This document shows, piece after piece, positions 36,217 through 45,107 of a DNA stretch of 64,000 nucleotides. Position 1 is the first letter of the stretch. Each line of letters begins with the position of its first letter. The notes under the pieces were generated by a model. That model was not told the DNA's origin and searched no databases. It saw only the letters and a list, made by a program, of their open reading frames with translations. The DNA comes from an uncultured Candidatus Saccharibacteria bacterium. GTDB lineage: Bacteria > Patescibacteriota > Saccharimonadia > Saccharimonadales > CAIOMD01. The stretch lies in assembly GCA_964566135.1 (NCBI GenBank), contig CAZMHM010000002.1:1925-65924 (forward strand), written 5' to 3'. A program made the position numbers and the translations under genes.

Positions 36217-36292
36217 TATCTAGTTCTTTCAGAATGGATTTCTTTTAAGTCAGCGAGCATTCTCATTTGATTAATAACAGTGGTGCAACTGG

Positions 36293-36721
36293 CTATATAA
36301 GTGCTTTCTTTAAACTTGAGAATTTTTCAGGAATTGACTCTTTCTCGCCATCAAGAATTCGCTTCATCACCCAAGCCATAGGGAAAATTGTATAACCATC
36401 TTTCAGCACATACGGATAGGTATTACTACCTACTGTTTCGTCATCCTGAAACCAGTCACCATCGATATCATTTTTTCTAAGGAAACTCACGATTACGGCT
36501 GCATTTTTAATTGCAATACTACTCAATAAGAGCTCAGGGTCCCGACTTGCATATATCGAATTAAGTCTGCTGTTCAGGTCAAGCGCTATGGCGTCAATCG
36601 TCACCAGACAGTTTTTGTCAACATTTAGTTCGAAACCGAGGTCGGCAGCCGCCGAGATTGCGTCTCGTATATATTTTTGCTCAAGTTCATGCGGAATATT
36701 GTTCATGGTTGTTAATAGCAT
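36293..36721 (-). CDS. Hypothetical 142-aa protein, probable cognate immunity protein of the RHS C-terminal toxin
   Basis: Its start lies 4 nt after the RHS stop codon, on the same strand, and it has no signal peptide. The assignment is by position only. Confidence 0.55.
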   Translation of the reverse strand: MLLTTMNNIPHELEQKYIRDAISAAADLGFELNVDKNCLVTIDAIALDLNSRLNSIYASRDPELLLSSIAIKNAAVIVSFLRKNDIDGDWFQDDETVGSNTYPYVLKDGYTIFPMAWVMKRILDGEKESIPEKFSSLKKALI

Positions 36722-36725
36722 ACAC

Positions 36726-39700
36726 TTAATACTTTGTAATTGTCAGTAAACCGTTACTAGCTGCGTCTTCAAGAGGGCCCGATAGCCGTGCGTCGGAATT
36801 GATTTTTAAAATAAAGGAGAGGTTATCCCTTTGGCTAATACTAACGTAGTCGCGAATTTGATTGGTATATGTTTGATATTGAACATTCTTAGTCTCGCCA
36901 AGAACTCGAGAATTAAGTGTGTCAGGAACACGATATCTCCCAGGTCGCAATACCGAATCGACCCTCGTTGTATTTTGTACTGTATTTGATCGCACCATAC
37001 CGTCGGCGTACTTTTCAAATGCAGTGGCAACTTTTCCTTCAGCTTCAGAAGCATGGGGAGCTATTTGTGCTGCGGTCGGCGTCGAGAACCAATTTTTTAC
37101 TGCTGTTACAACCTTGCCGCCAGAGCTCAACGCTCTACTGCCAGTTGAAATGATTGCACCAGAGCTTCTTGCAACTAGAGCCGCCGCAGTAATATATGGG
37201 GCACTCGCTGCGATTGCTCCAGCTGCCGCGGCGCAGAATGCAATACACGCCGCTACTGCCGCTACTGCAACAACTACTGCTACGGCCACTACAACAGCCT
37301 TGCCCCACGATGGTAGCCCGTTAAACCATTTCTTGACACTCCACATCCCGTTATAATCCGCATAATTGACTGGGTCTAGTACGTATGAGTAGCTATTCGG
37401 CGTGCCGCCCTCAACAGGGTCTACCTGTAGGAACCTGCCTAGCGTAGGCAAGTATACGCGTGCACCCATTTGGATTATTGGGATGCTAAACATGCTTTCT
37501 GACTTACGGGCAGGGTTTGCCGCCCAGCCCATACCTTCGTTACTTGCATTTGTTGGATTCCCACTAGTGCCAAAAGTTGTCGATGCGATAGGTAAGCCAA
37601 ACGGATCATAAAGGTAAACTGCACTTGTGGCAGTCCCATCTTTGCCAACAGTTATAGCGGTGTCGCCATGGAAATTCTTTATAGAATACGTATCGGTGGT
37701 GTTAATGGTCAGCCCTACACCACCAGGTAACGAAACATACTTATCGGCTATTGCGCACTGATTTTCATCTTGTACGTTGCACGTAAGCATTACACTCGAG
37801 CTATTTCGATATATCTTATCAAGTACGCCGTTTCTGAATTCTTTTTTTACAAGGACACTGCCGCTGACAGTTTTGGTGTACTCGACACGGTTTTGACCTT
37901 GCGTAATCGAGATATTCTGATCGTCAGCAGTGTATCCAAATGAAATCGGCGTACCAGCACCAGCAAGCTCGGTAATATTGCCATGATCGTCATAAACAGG
38001 AGTGCCTATTTGCCCATCGCTCGAACTAATCAGCCTATCGGCGCTATCGTAACAGCTGTTTACCGTCGTGGTGACACTTGTAGTGTTATTTGTCACTGTA
38101 TAGGATGTTCTGTTGCCATTCTTATTGGCGTTGGCATTATAGCCGGTCAAGCTACTACAGCTCGAGTCTTGTGCTCCAAATCCATACTGATACAGCATAT
38201 TATCGACGGATGTACTCGTTAGCCTACCGCCTGTGTCATATCCATAGGTTGCCCCTCCGGTTTTGCCATCAAAGCTATTCGCGTAATTAAGCACTATACC
38301 TGATTGCAATGATGATGTGACAGTTTCATCAAATTGCTTACCATCGCTAAGGCTAAATGTTGCTCCCGAATTCTGTTGCATGGCGTCACGTTTAACCTGG
38401 GTAAGTTTCATGTTTGTTCCGTTGGCCTGCGCCTGCGGATATTCAACATTCAGAATTCGGCCAAATTGATCATAGCTTGTTGACGCATATATCTTTCCGT
38501 CTATCGAGTAACTCGTTGGCCTATCGAGAGAATCATATAGATACGATTCTGAACCTTTTATAGATACGATTGACACAATGTGACCAAAGTTATCGCGATT
38601 GATAGTAGTCTCATATCCAAAACTATCGGTTACCTTGACAGGCCTGCCAAGCAAATCAGATTCACTGATACTCGTGCCCGTAACACTGTCCGTCTGGGCA
38701 GTAATGAGTGGATTACCATTGTGCGCAAAGTTATTACTGATGGTGCGCCCAGGCCTTCCATTAACCGTAGGCGAAACCATCTGAACAATCCGGCCTCTAG
38801 CATCAAGACGGGTACAAGTCCATGCATCGTTATTAAACCTTGTTGCTACTACGCGACCCGAGGCATCATACACCGATTCGCTGGTGCGCGACGTTAATGG
38901 ACCTGCGCCATCAGGGTCAGGCTCAGCCTTACCTTTAGCAAATCCAGCCTGGCTAACGGCAATACTGTTTGCGTCACAAGGGTTAGCAATTACGTCTTCT
39001 GTTGCACGATAATACTGATACGCATAGCTATTTCCGCCAGGTAGGGTCTTGGCTGTTTGGCGCATTAAGCTCCCTGCTTGGTATGGCTCGTAAGCAATTG
39101 AGCTTGTAAGATTTAGCCCGCCAGCGTCAGCAGTGATTGATTTTTCTTGGCCAAGTTCTGGTTGCGAACCATAATCTTTTTTTAGCGTGACATTCGAAGT
39201 TTGACTATCATAGGTCGTTGTCGAGGTTACGAGGTTATATGCCGGCCTCATAACATTCGACCAGAACGGATTGCCCGTAGAAAGATCCAGGCCGCCTCCC
39301 TTTATTCTCATACTAAATGCCATGTAGTCATTACCGACGTTGGCATAGTCATACTTAAACCTATAGGGTTTGTTGGCTTCAAGCGTTATTGCCGCCGAGT
39401 AGCTCATCTTGATAGCAGTCCCCCGGTTTGCCCAGTCATCTATGACAAGTTTATCGTCGATATAAAGTCTGGCGGCATCTTCGTGGTTAATCTGGAAGGT
39501 ATAGCTTGCATTTGCGGGCAATACCAGTACGCCTGTTGCAATAAATCCTACACCAGTTGCGCTAGTTGATTTTGTAATCGGCGCAGCCCGATAGTTTGAA
39601 TCTTGCCAAAACAAGTCCGGCTGCTGGCTGTCAAAGCCAGTCTGGTGATACTTTGAAGCTCCAACAAAGGATCCGCCGTTAGCCGAAGAATAGTCATACC

Positions 39701-42700
39701 ATGCCACTGCAGGGCCCTTAAAACCTTCATCATACTTCGTGCTTGTGCGCGGAACTTTGTTCTCGTTTTCGACAAGTGGTTTTAGGTTCGTCCCAAACCA
39801 TCCACTTGGCGCCGGACCGTATGATTCAATTGGCAAATCATTCGCATCGTAAATGGTCGTTGATTTCAGACCGGTTGGATCCGTAGACGCATACAATAAG
39901 TCTTTTGTGCTATCCCATGTACGGGTAGACACGAGACCATCCTTGGCCATGGTACGAACTGGGCGCAACAATGAATCGTATTCCACTCGTTGTGCGTATC
40001 CGTTCGGCATTGAAGATTTCGTGATAACCCATTTATCGTTTGCATCCTTAGCTGACGTGTAGCCATCAGTCATCTCTGCAAAGCCAACGACCTTTTCTTT
40101 CTCATCGCCTGTCCCTAATAAAGTAGAGTTTGGCACATACCTATATGTATGTATTCCCCTCACTCCTCCACTAGAGGCCGAAGGCATAACTACCTGCTCG
40201 ACACGCCCAATACTGTCGTAGACAAACTGCGTCGTTACGGTGTCGTCATTTGCGCGCACGCCAGCATCTACGACATCATTGGCGGTGCTACCTTTGAGTT
40301 GTACAATTCTTCCGTTGGTGTCATATCCGATATCTTGCCTGATACCACCACTCGTTGCGAGTTGCGATAACCTATAGACTTCCTGGTTATTAATGACTAC
40401 TTTTTTGTACCAGAAATTTGTAAAGTTATTATCGGTAGTCTCTGTCCGACACAACATTCCAGCCGGAGCGCGCACTAAGCCATCAGGAGCATTATTCGGA
40501 GAATTACACTGACTATCGCCGCCATAGTACACACGCAAGTTTCGGCTAATATCTACACCATCAATGATCTTTGTTACGTGAGCCGGCGAGCCACCATATT
40601 CATAACGCAATGCCGCTAGTCGTAAATCATCAGTTGGAGTCGTCACTGTTTTTAGTAAACCATCCGTACCAAAATCATATGTCCTGCCATCACTATCAAG
40701 TAGCACAAAAGTACCGTCTGCATTGCGTGCAAGATAGCCGTATTCGTTTACGGGTGGCTTATATGCGCTGCCCGTCCATGTATACTCATGCGTATCGCCG
40801 TTAGAGTCATAGATTAAGGCGCCAGTTGACGTCGCCTTAAGCCTCTCGTAGGCAATACTACCAGTAGGGTCGATGCCCATCGTCCAGCCTTCTGGCAATG
40901 TATTTGCTCCTGTAGTAAGCCAACTACTTGGTACCGTTTCGCTTCGGGTAGCGTTAAGCCATTTAACATAGAACTGCATGGCTGCACCACTGCCATTCTC
41001 ATAGTAGTCAATCGTAACTTTTCGAGTTGTCCCCTCTGCTAGTCGCAGTAATGCCCCACACTGATTTGCGGTTACGCCCTGATCCCTCCAGTAATCTGCA
41101 TACAGCGCATCGTCAAGATACAACCTAAAGCCATCATCGGCCCCGATACAAAACTGATAATCTGTTGTTTGCGGAACCGTGATATAGCCCGACCATCGAG
41201 TCACGACCCTATCTGCAATTCCCGAGCCTGGCAAGAACTCGCCTGTTCCCCAGTTGAATTGCATAACTTTGTCTTGACGCGTCATAAATGGTGCCCTTGC
41301 TTGAGGAACTGCGAAGCCCTCGCCGTCGTTCAGCTTGTAATAACGACCGGTCAAACCAGCATTAGGTTTAGTTGCTTTCAAGCCAGTGCGTAACCAGTCG
41401 TTTGGAATAACGCGGTCGCTGATAATGACAGCTCCTGAGGTATCTTTAGCCCGAACCCACATCTTTGCCTGTGCGCCGCCACCATATTCAATCATCCATG
41501 CATTAAGTGGAACGGCTTGGCCTTCGACCAAATCAATGCCAACAGTGTCCCCCCAACTACTTCCGGGAGCGGTGTAGTCGAACACAAGCGTTCCGTTAAT
41601 AGCCGCGGACATTTTGTCATCGCGGGTTGAACCAAAATAGTACTTTCCCGTCTTAGGGGCCACGAAATATCCAGTCCAATTAGCCGCAAAGTTATCCGCG
41701 ACAATTGTCCCTGGCTGCGGGCTTGATAGCCCCCAATCAAAGTCAATATTTGCATCAACACGCGTTAGGCCAACTTTTGTAGCATCTCCGCCTGGCGCAT
41801 TGTAATACGTTGCATCAAGCCCTTTTTGACTCATAACAGGCGAATTGTAATCCAAATTTATACCCATCGCCCCGCCAAGCGCATTCATAGTGTTAGAGCC
41901 TACACTAGTCGTAAGGTTACCCGTTACCAAGTTAACTGATGTGCCTGCGACTTCGTCGTATACCTGAGAATTATTTTTACCCGTTCGCAAGTCTACTTTA
42001 AATGGTATTGGTTGTGTCACGTTCCAATAGTCACCACCCCTTGCATAGTGAGTTGTGACATCGGCGTTATCAAATACATAACCGCAGAACCAATACGTCT
42101 GACCATCGTCAAGCACTCCGTCAGGTACAGTCCACTGCGTAGCTGGTACTAATTGCGAATCGACTAAAATGCTAGCCGGATTCCAACAATCTACTGGTTT
42201 CGATGTCATAACCCTAAACCAATATTTAAGTGTATCGCCATTACCGTCACCACTTGCTCCCATTTTAAACGAAGGCTGAGTGCTCGTTAGAATCTGAGGG
42301 TTGCCCGAACTATTGGCAGGTAAGGCAGGCACTATTGGGGTCGGTGCGGTTGGTTGTTTGTTGTAGTCTACGAGATACATATCTACAAAGGTGCCGTATG
42401 GGTCAAGTTGTTTAAAGCTCGTTGTGTTCCATTCTTCGCCATAAATCATTAGCCAACCACCATAGTCACCACGGCTTTGTAGCCATCTAAAGATTGGTGC
42501 AATATCTGCCCATCCATCCGTTGCCATCTGGAATTGGACAACTGGCGCACCGCCTCCGTTATTGTAATTAAACGCAGGTAGCCATGTAACATACATCCAG
42601 CGAGTATCGGTATAGCCTACCCAACTTGCTGTACCAAGGCGCATATTGGTATGTAGCCATGCAGACTCAATGTAGCGACCGTTCGCATCACCGTAAGGGA

Positions 42701-43964
42701 TTTGAAATCCGGTATGCCAAAGTCTCTTACCGGCACCAGCTTGGTTTAATGAACCTGTATACATCCAACAGTTTGCACTAGAACACACGTAGCCGTCAGA
42801 CTTGTAATCGACATAACTATTGCTGTTGTTGTTTACCCCTCTACGCCACGCCCCAAAACTTGGGTCGACTACCACCGGAAAGCTCGTCTTTGGCAAAGAG
42901 CTCAACCAGCTTGGCAGAACTTGTACCACAAAGAAACCGTTTTTGTAGGTGACTTTGATTGGTGGATTACTCATCGGGCCCTCACCCCAAACACTAACCG
43001 TAAAAGGGGCGATGTTGATTTTCGAATCTTTAACCGCCCAATAACCGTCACCTGCATCTACAAGCTCGCCTCCAAGAACCTTAAACATATATGTGTTTGC
43101 AGCCGAAGCATTCTTTATAACAATTGATTCTTTGATTGATTCCGGGCTGATATCGTACTGCAAATCAATGCCATTCCAGGCATCTTTATATGCAATGTAG
43201 TTCCGCCCCTTATCTGTAACTTCTTTAGGGATTACTTTGTCTGATGTACCAATTGGCACAAAACGCACGCTTTTTACTCCGTCACTCACAAGCATACCGT
43301 CACCATCCATGAGCGTCTGCAGTTGTACAGACAGCTCGGATGTTTTTGCATTTAGCGCGGTAGGTTGCGAAGAACCAGGGAGTATTTTTTGCAGGATACT
43401 TTCGCTTTGCTTACGATTTTTGGCGTAGTTTGTATCACTACTTGTCGAGTTATCATGTTTTTGCCAGCCTGATGACGTCTTATCATTTGTAGATGTCGCA
43501 CCAATCCGTTTTGCCAGTGTACCGTCGGCTAACGTCTGCTGGTTTGTCTTTGCATCGACAGCTTCCAGTTTACCTGTGTCAATTTTCCTCGCAGATTTTT
43601 GGTGCTCTGAAGTAATGCTTTTGCCAACATCAGAAGGATTAATAGTATCTTCTTGTTTTGCACTCTCTGGAATACTACTCATATCAGCGGCCTGCGTTAT
43701 TTTCTGGTCTTGGGCAGATTTTTGGCTGGCAGATAAAGGCTTTGATTTCCCGTTTTCGGCAACCGCCTTATTAACATTCGTAGCAATAGGTAGCAAGAAC
43801 GATGCTACAAATGCAACAATAAAAAACAGCGCCATGAGACGCTGTTTTTGGGAGTTAACCTTTGAAAGAGGGCGCGAAAAAGCGCCTGTCGCCGCGATAA
43901 ATAGTGGACGTTTTGGACTTTTTGCGGTGTTTGTGTGGATGCGCTTCAAATGCAAATATGGCAT
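36726..43964 (-). CDS. RHS/YD-repeat polymorphic toxin (WapA-like): signal/TM, N-terminal beta-rich region, 3 PA14 domains, YD-repeat shell, RHS core motif, hydrophobic linker, PD-ExK nuclease-like C-terminus
   Basis: 2412 aa. The N-terminal hydrophobic segment is MALFFIVAFVASFLLPIATNVNKAVA. PA14-like blocks lie at about aa 715-845 (41430..41822), 869-1003 (40956..41360) and 1415-1560 (39285..39722), each with YY...F.W...P...F..RWTG-type patterns. There are many YD repeats (YEYGG, IGYDTNGR, FVYDSIGR, VEYDSLLR, YGYDTGGR...). The RHS core end reads GARVYLPTLGRFLQVDPVEGG..NSYSYVLDPVNYADYNGMW. A 204-aa C-terminal module follows. Confidence 0.92.
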   Translation of the reverse strand: MPYLHLKRIHTNTAKSPKRPLFIAATGAFSRPLSKVNSQKQRLMALFFIVAFVASFLLPIATNVNKAVAENGKSKPLSASQKSAQDQKITQAADMSSIPESAKQEDTINPSDVGKSITSEHQKSARKIDTGKLEAVDAKTNQQTLADGTLAKRIGATSTNDKTSSGWQKHDNSTSSDTNYAKNRKQSESILQKILPGSSQPTALNAKTSELSVQLQTLMDGDGMLVSDGVKSVRFVPIGTSDKVIPKEVTDKGRNYIAYKDAWNGIDLQYDISPESIKESIVIKNASAANTYMFKVLGGELVDAGDGYWAVKDSKINIAPFTVSVWGEGPMSNPPIKVTYKNGFFVVQVLPSWLSSLPKTSFPVVVDPSFGAWRRGVNNNSNSYVDYKSDGYVCSSANCWMYTGSLNQAGAGKRLWHTGFQIPYGDANGRYIESAWLHTNMRLGTASWVGYTDTRWMYVTWLPAFNYNNGGGAPVVQFQMATDGWADIAPIFRWLQSRGDYGGWLMIYGEEWNTTSFKQLDPYGTFVDMYLVDYNKQPTAPTPIVPALPANSSGNPQILTSTQPSFKMGASGDGNGDTLKYWFRVMTSKPVDCWNPASILVDSQLVPATQWTVPDGVLDDGQTYWFCGYVFDNADVTTHYARGGDYWNVTQPIPFKVDLRTGKNNSQVYDEVAGTSVNLVTGNLTTSVGSNTMNALGGAMGINLDYNSPVMSQKGLDATYYNAPGGDATKVGLTRVDANIDFDWGLSSPQPGTIVADNFAANWTGYFVAPKTGKYYFGSTRDDKMSAAINGTLVFDYTAPGSSWGDTVGIDLVEGQAVPLNAWMIEYGGGAQAKMWVRAKDTSGAVIISDRVIPNDWLRTGLKATKPNAGLTGRYYKLNDGEGFAVPQARAPFMTRQDKVMQFNWGTGEFLPGSGIADRVVTRWSGYITVPQTTDYQFCIGADDGFRLYLDDALYADYWRDQGVTANQCGALLRLAEGTTRKVTIDYYENGSGAAMQFYVKWLNATRSETVPSSWLTTGANTLPEGWTMGIDPTGSIAYERLKATSTGALIYDSNGDTHEYTWTGSAYKPPVNEYGYLARNADGTFVLLDSDGRTYDFGTDGLLKTVTTPTDDLRLAALRYEYGGSPAHVTKIIDGVDISRNLRVYYGGDSQCNSPNNAPDGLVRAPAGMLCRTETTDNNFTNFWYKKVVINNQEVYRLSQLATSGGIRQDIGYDTNGRIVQLKGSTANDVVDAGVRANDDTVTTQFVYDSIGRVEQVVMPSASSGGVRGIHTYRYVPNSTLLGTGDEKEKVVGFAEMTDGYTSAKDANDKWVITKSSMPNGYAQRVEYDSLLRPVRTMAKDGLVSTRTWDSTKDLLYASTDPTGLKSTTIYDANDLPIESYGPAPSGWFGTNLKPLVENENKVPRTSTKYDEGFKGPAVAWYDYSSANGGSFVGASKYHQTGFDSQQPDLFWQDSNYRAAPITKSTSATGVGFIATGVLVLPANASYTFQINHEDAARLYIDDKLVIDDWANRGTAIKMSYSAAITLEANKPYRFKYDYANVGNDYMAFSMRIKGGGLDLSTGNPFWSNVMRPAYNLVTSTTTYDSQTSNVTLKKDYGSQPELGQEKSITADAGGLNLTSSIAYEPYQAGSLMRQTAKTLPGGNSYAYQYYRATEDVIANPCDANSIAVSQAGFAKGKAEPDPDGAGPLTSRTSESVYDASGRVVATRFNNDAWTCTRLDARGRIVQMVSPTVNGRPGRTISNNFAHNGNPLITAQTDSVTGTSISESDLLGRPVKVTDSFGYETTINRDNFGHIVSIVSIKGSESYLYDSLDRPTSYSIDGKIYASTSYDQFGRILNVEYPQAQANGTNMKLTQVKRDAMQQNSGATFSLSDGKQFDETVTSSLQSGIVLNYANSFDGKTGGATYGYDTGGRLTSTSVDNMLYQYGFGAQDSSCSSLTGYNANANKNGNRTSYTVTNNTTSVTTTVNSCYDSADRLISSSDGQIGTPVYDDHGNITELAGAGTPISFGYTADDQNISITQGQNRVEYTKTVSGSVLVKKEFRNGVLDKIYRNSSSVMLTCNVQDENQCAIADKYVSLPGGVGLTINTTDTYSIKNFHGDTAITVGKDGTATSAVYLYDPFGLPIASTTFGTSGNPTNASNEGMGWAANPARKSESMFSIPIIQMGARVYLPTLGRFLQVDPVEGGTPNSYSYVLDPVNYADYNGMWSVKKWFNGLPSWGKAVVVAVAVVVAVAAVAACIAFCAAAAGAIAASAPYITAAALVARSSGAIISTGSRALSSGGKVVTAVKNWFSTPTAAQIAPHASEAEGKVATAFEKYADGMVRSNTVQNTTRVDSVLRPGRYRVPDTLNSRVLGETKNVQYQTYTNQIRDYVSISQRDNLSFILKINSDARLSGPLEDAASNGLLTITKY

Positions 43965-44028
43965 TTAGTGGGCTCCAATGGTTATTGTAAATATTCGTCT
44001 TGGTTAACTCCACCGAGACTTAAGCCGA

Positions 44029-44056
44029 ATTATAAGCAAAAATTTATGAAATGCAA
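44029..44056 (-). promoter_or_regulatory. Putative promoter of the RHS gene (TTGCAT-N16-TATAAT)
   Basis: On the minus strand, -35 is at 44056..44051 and -10 at 44034..44029, about 60 nt upstream of the ATG. Confidence 0.45.
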
Positions 44057-44123
44057 GTACATTTTTGTCAAATTAACTTTAATATTCGTCAAAGTTATTA
44101 TTTAGCAATGTCTCAGATTGTAG

Positions 44124-45083
44124 TTATTTGATGTTATCAAGACGGCTATCAAGGCTCTTTGCAAGCCCCTGTTGCTGTACGGCAAGATTGTTTCGTTGTT
44201 CTACTATTTTGTTGTATTCGTCTATAAGCACCTTAACGTTGGCAACCTCTGCATTGTAGGCGCTAACAGATGCGTTATACGATGAAACTTGTGCATTATA
44301 TGCTTTGGTTTGTCCGGAACGTAGTTGAGTATCCATCTGCAGTTTTTGGGCTTCGAGCTGCTTTCCCTTAGCATCTAAGGCCGCTTCTCGCTGCGTAATT
44401 TCCGCCTTGCGGAGCGTCAAATCTGCATCGTATTTTGCAACCTGCGTATTAATGTCTTCAAAAACTTTTTTGTAGCTATTCGAGAGTGCCACAACCTTGC
44501 CCCTATCGGTGAAGTATTTCGCATAGTACGCCTCAAGCTCGGGGCCTAAGTTTGCGTATTCGGTACCGAGTATCGAGTGTAGCTCGTTAGCTTCTTCGCC
44601 AGGTTCTGTCTTTTGATAGCTTGCCATTACCTCAGTTAAGTGAGGATCATTCACACGCTTATAGGCGTCCTGCACAAGTGCGTCAATCCGCTGCTTATCT
44701 TTTTTCGATAACCGTTGATAGGCGGCATGGAGCATCTCGTGAGCGGCGGTAACTTCTTCTACACCATTCAATTTTGCGTCTTCAACTTTAAAAACGTAAA
44801 TATTTGTGCCGGTATAGCACCCGAGTACAATGGTCTGTTCTGTTGTTTTGCATTCCGAATTAAATGTTTGCCTGTCGGATATCTGCGGTTCGTTAACATA
44901 AAAAAGTCGTTTGCCGTAATCATTCATGCCACTGTTGTTTGATAGTTCGGCAACAGCCACTGGCGCAGTATAGTTGCGCAACCGCGACCAGTCATAGATA
45001 TTAAACCGATTACTCCACACTAAACCTGCAATAGCTAGGATTGCAATCAACGCAAACAGTGATCCGAGTGTCTTTTTTGACAT
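44124..45083 (-). CDS. Membrane-anchored protein with HExxH motif and C-terminal coiled coil (putative metallopeptidase)
   Basis: N-terminal TM segment (LGSLFALIAILAIAGLVW). It contains HEMLH and a Cys pair (CKTTEQTIVLGC). The C-terminal 110 aa are heptad-like and rich in Gln/Ala/Lys. Confidence 0.6.
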   Translation of the reverse strand: MSKKTLGSLFALIAILAIAGLVWSNRFNIYDWSRLRNYTAPVAVAELSNNSGMNDYGKRLFYVNEPQISDRQTFNSECKTTEQTIVLGCYTGTNIYVFKVEDAKLNGVEEVTAAHEMLHAAYQRLSKKDKQRIDALVQDAYKRVNDPHLTEVMASYQKTEPGEEANELHSILGTEYANLGPELEAYYAKYFTDRGKVVALSNSYKKVFEDINTQVAKYDADLTLRKAEITQREAALDAKGKQLEAQKLQMDTQLRSGQTKAYNAQVSSYNASVSAYNAEVANVKVLIDEYNKIVEQRNNLAVQQQGLAKSLDSRLDNIK

Positions 45084-45107
45084 ACAACTACTAGTATACG
45101 TTCAATA

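Noticed and set aside
30470-45083. Mobile genomic island or prophage interpretation of the accessory block
   Set aside because: No integrase, transposase, phage structural gene, flanking direct repeat or adjacent tRNA was seen. The only tRNA-associated repeat is 10 kb away at 20196..20373.
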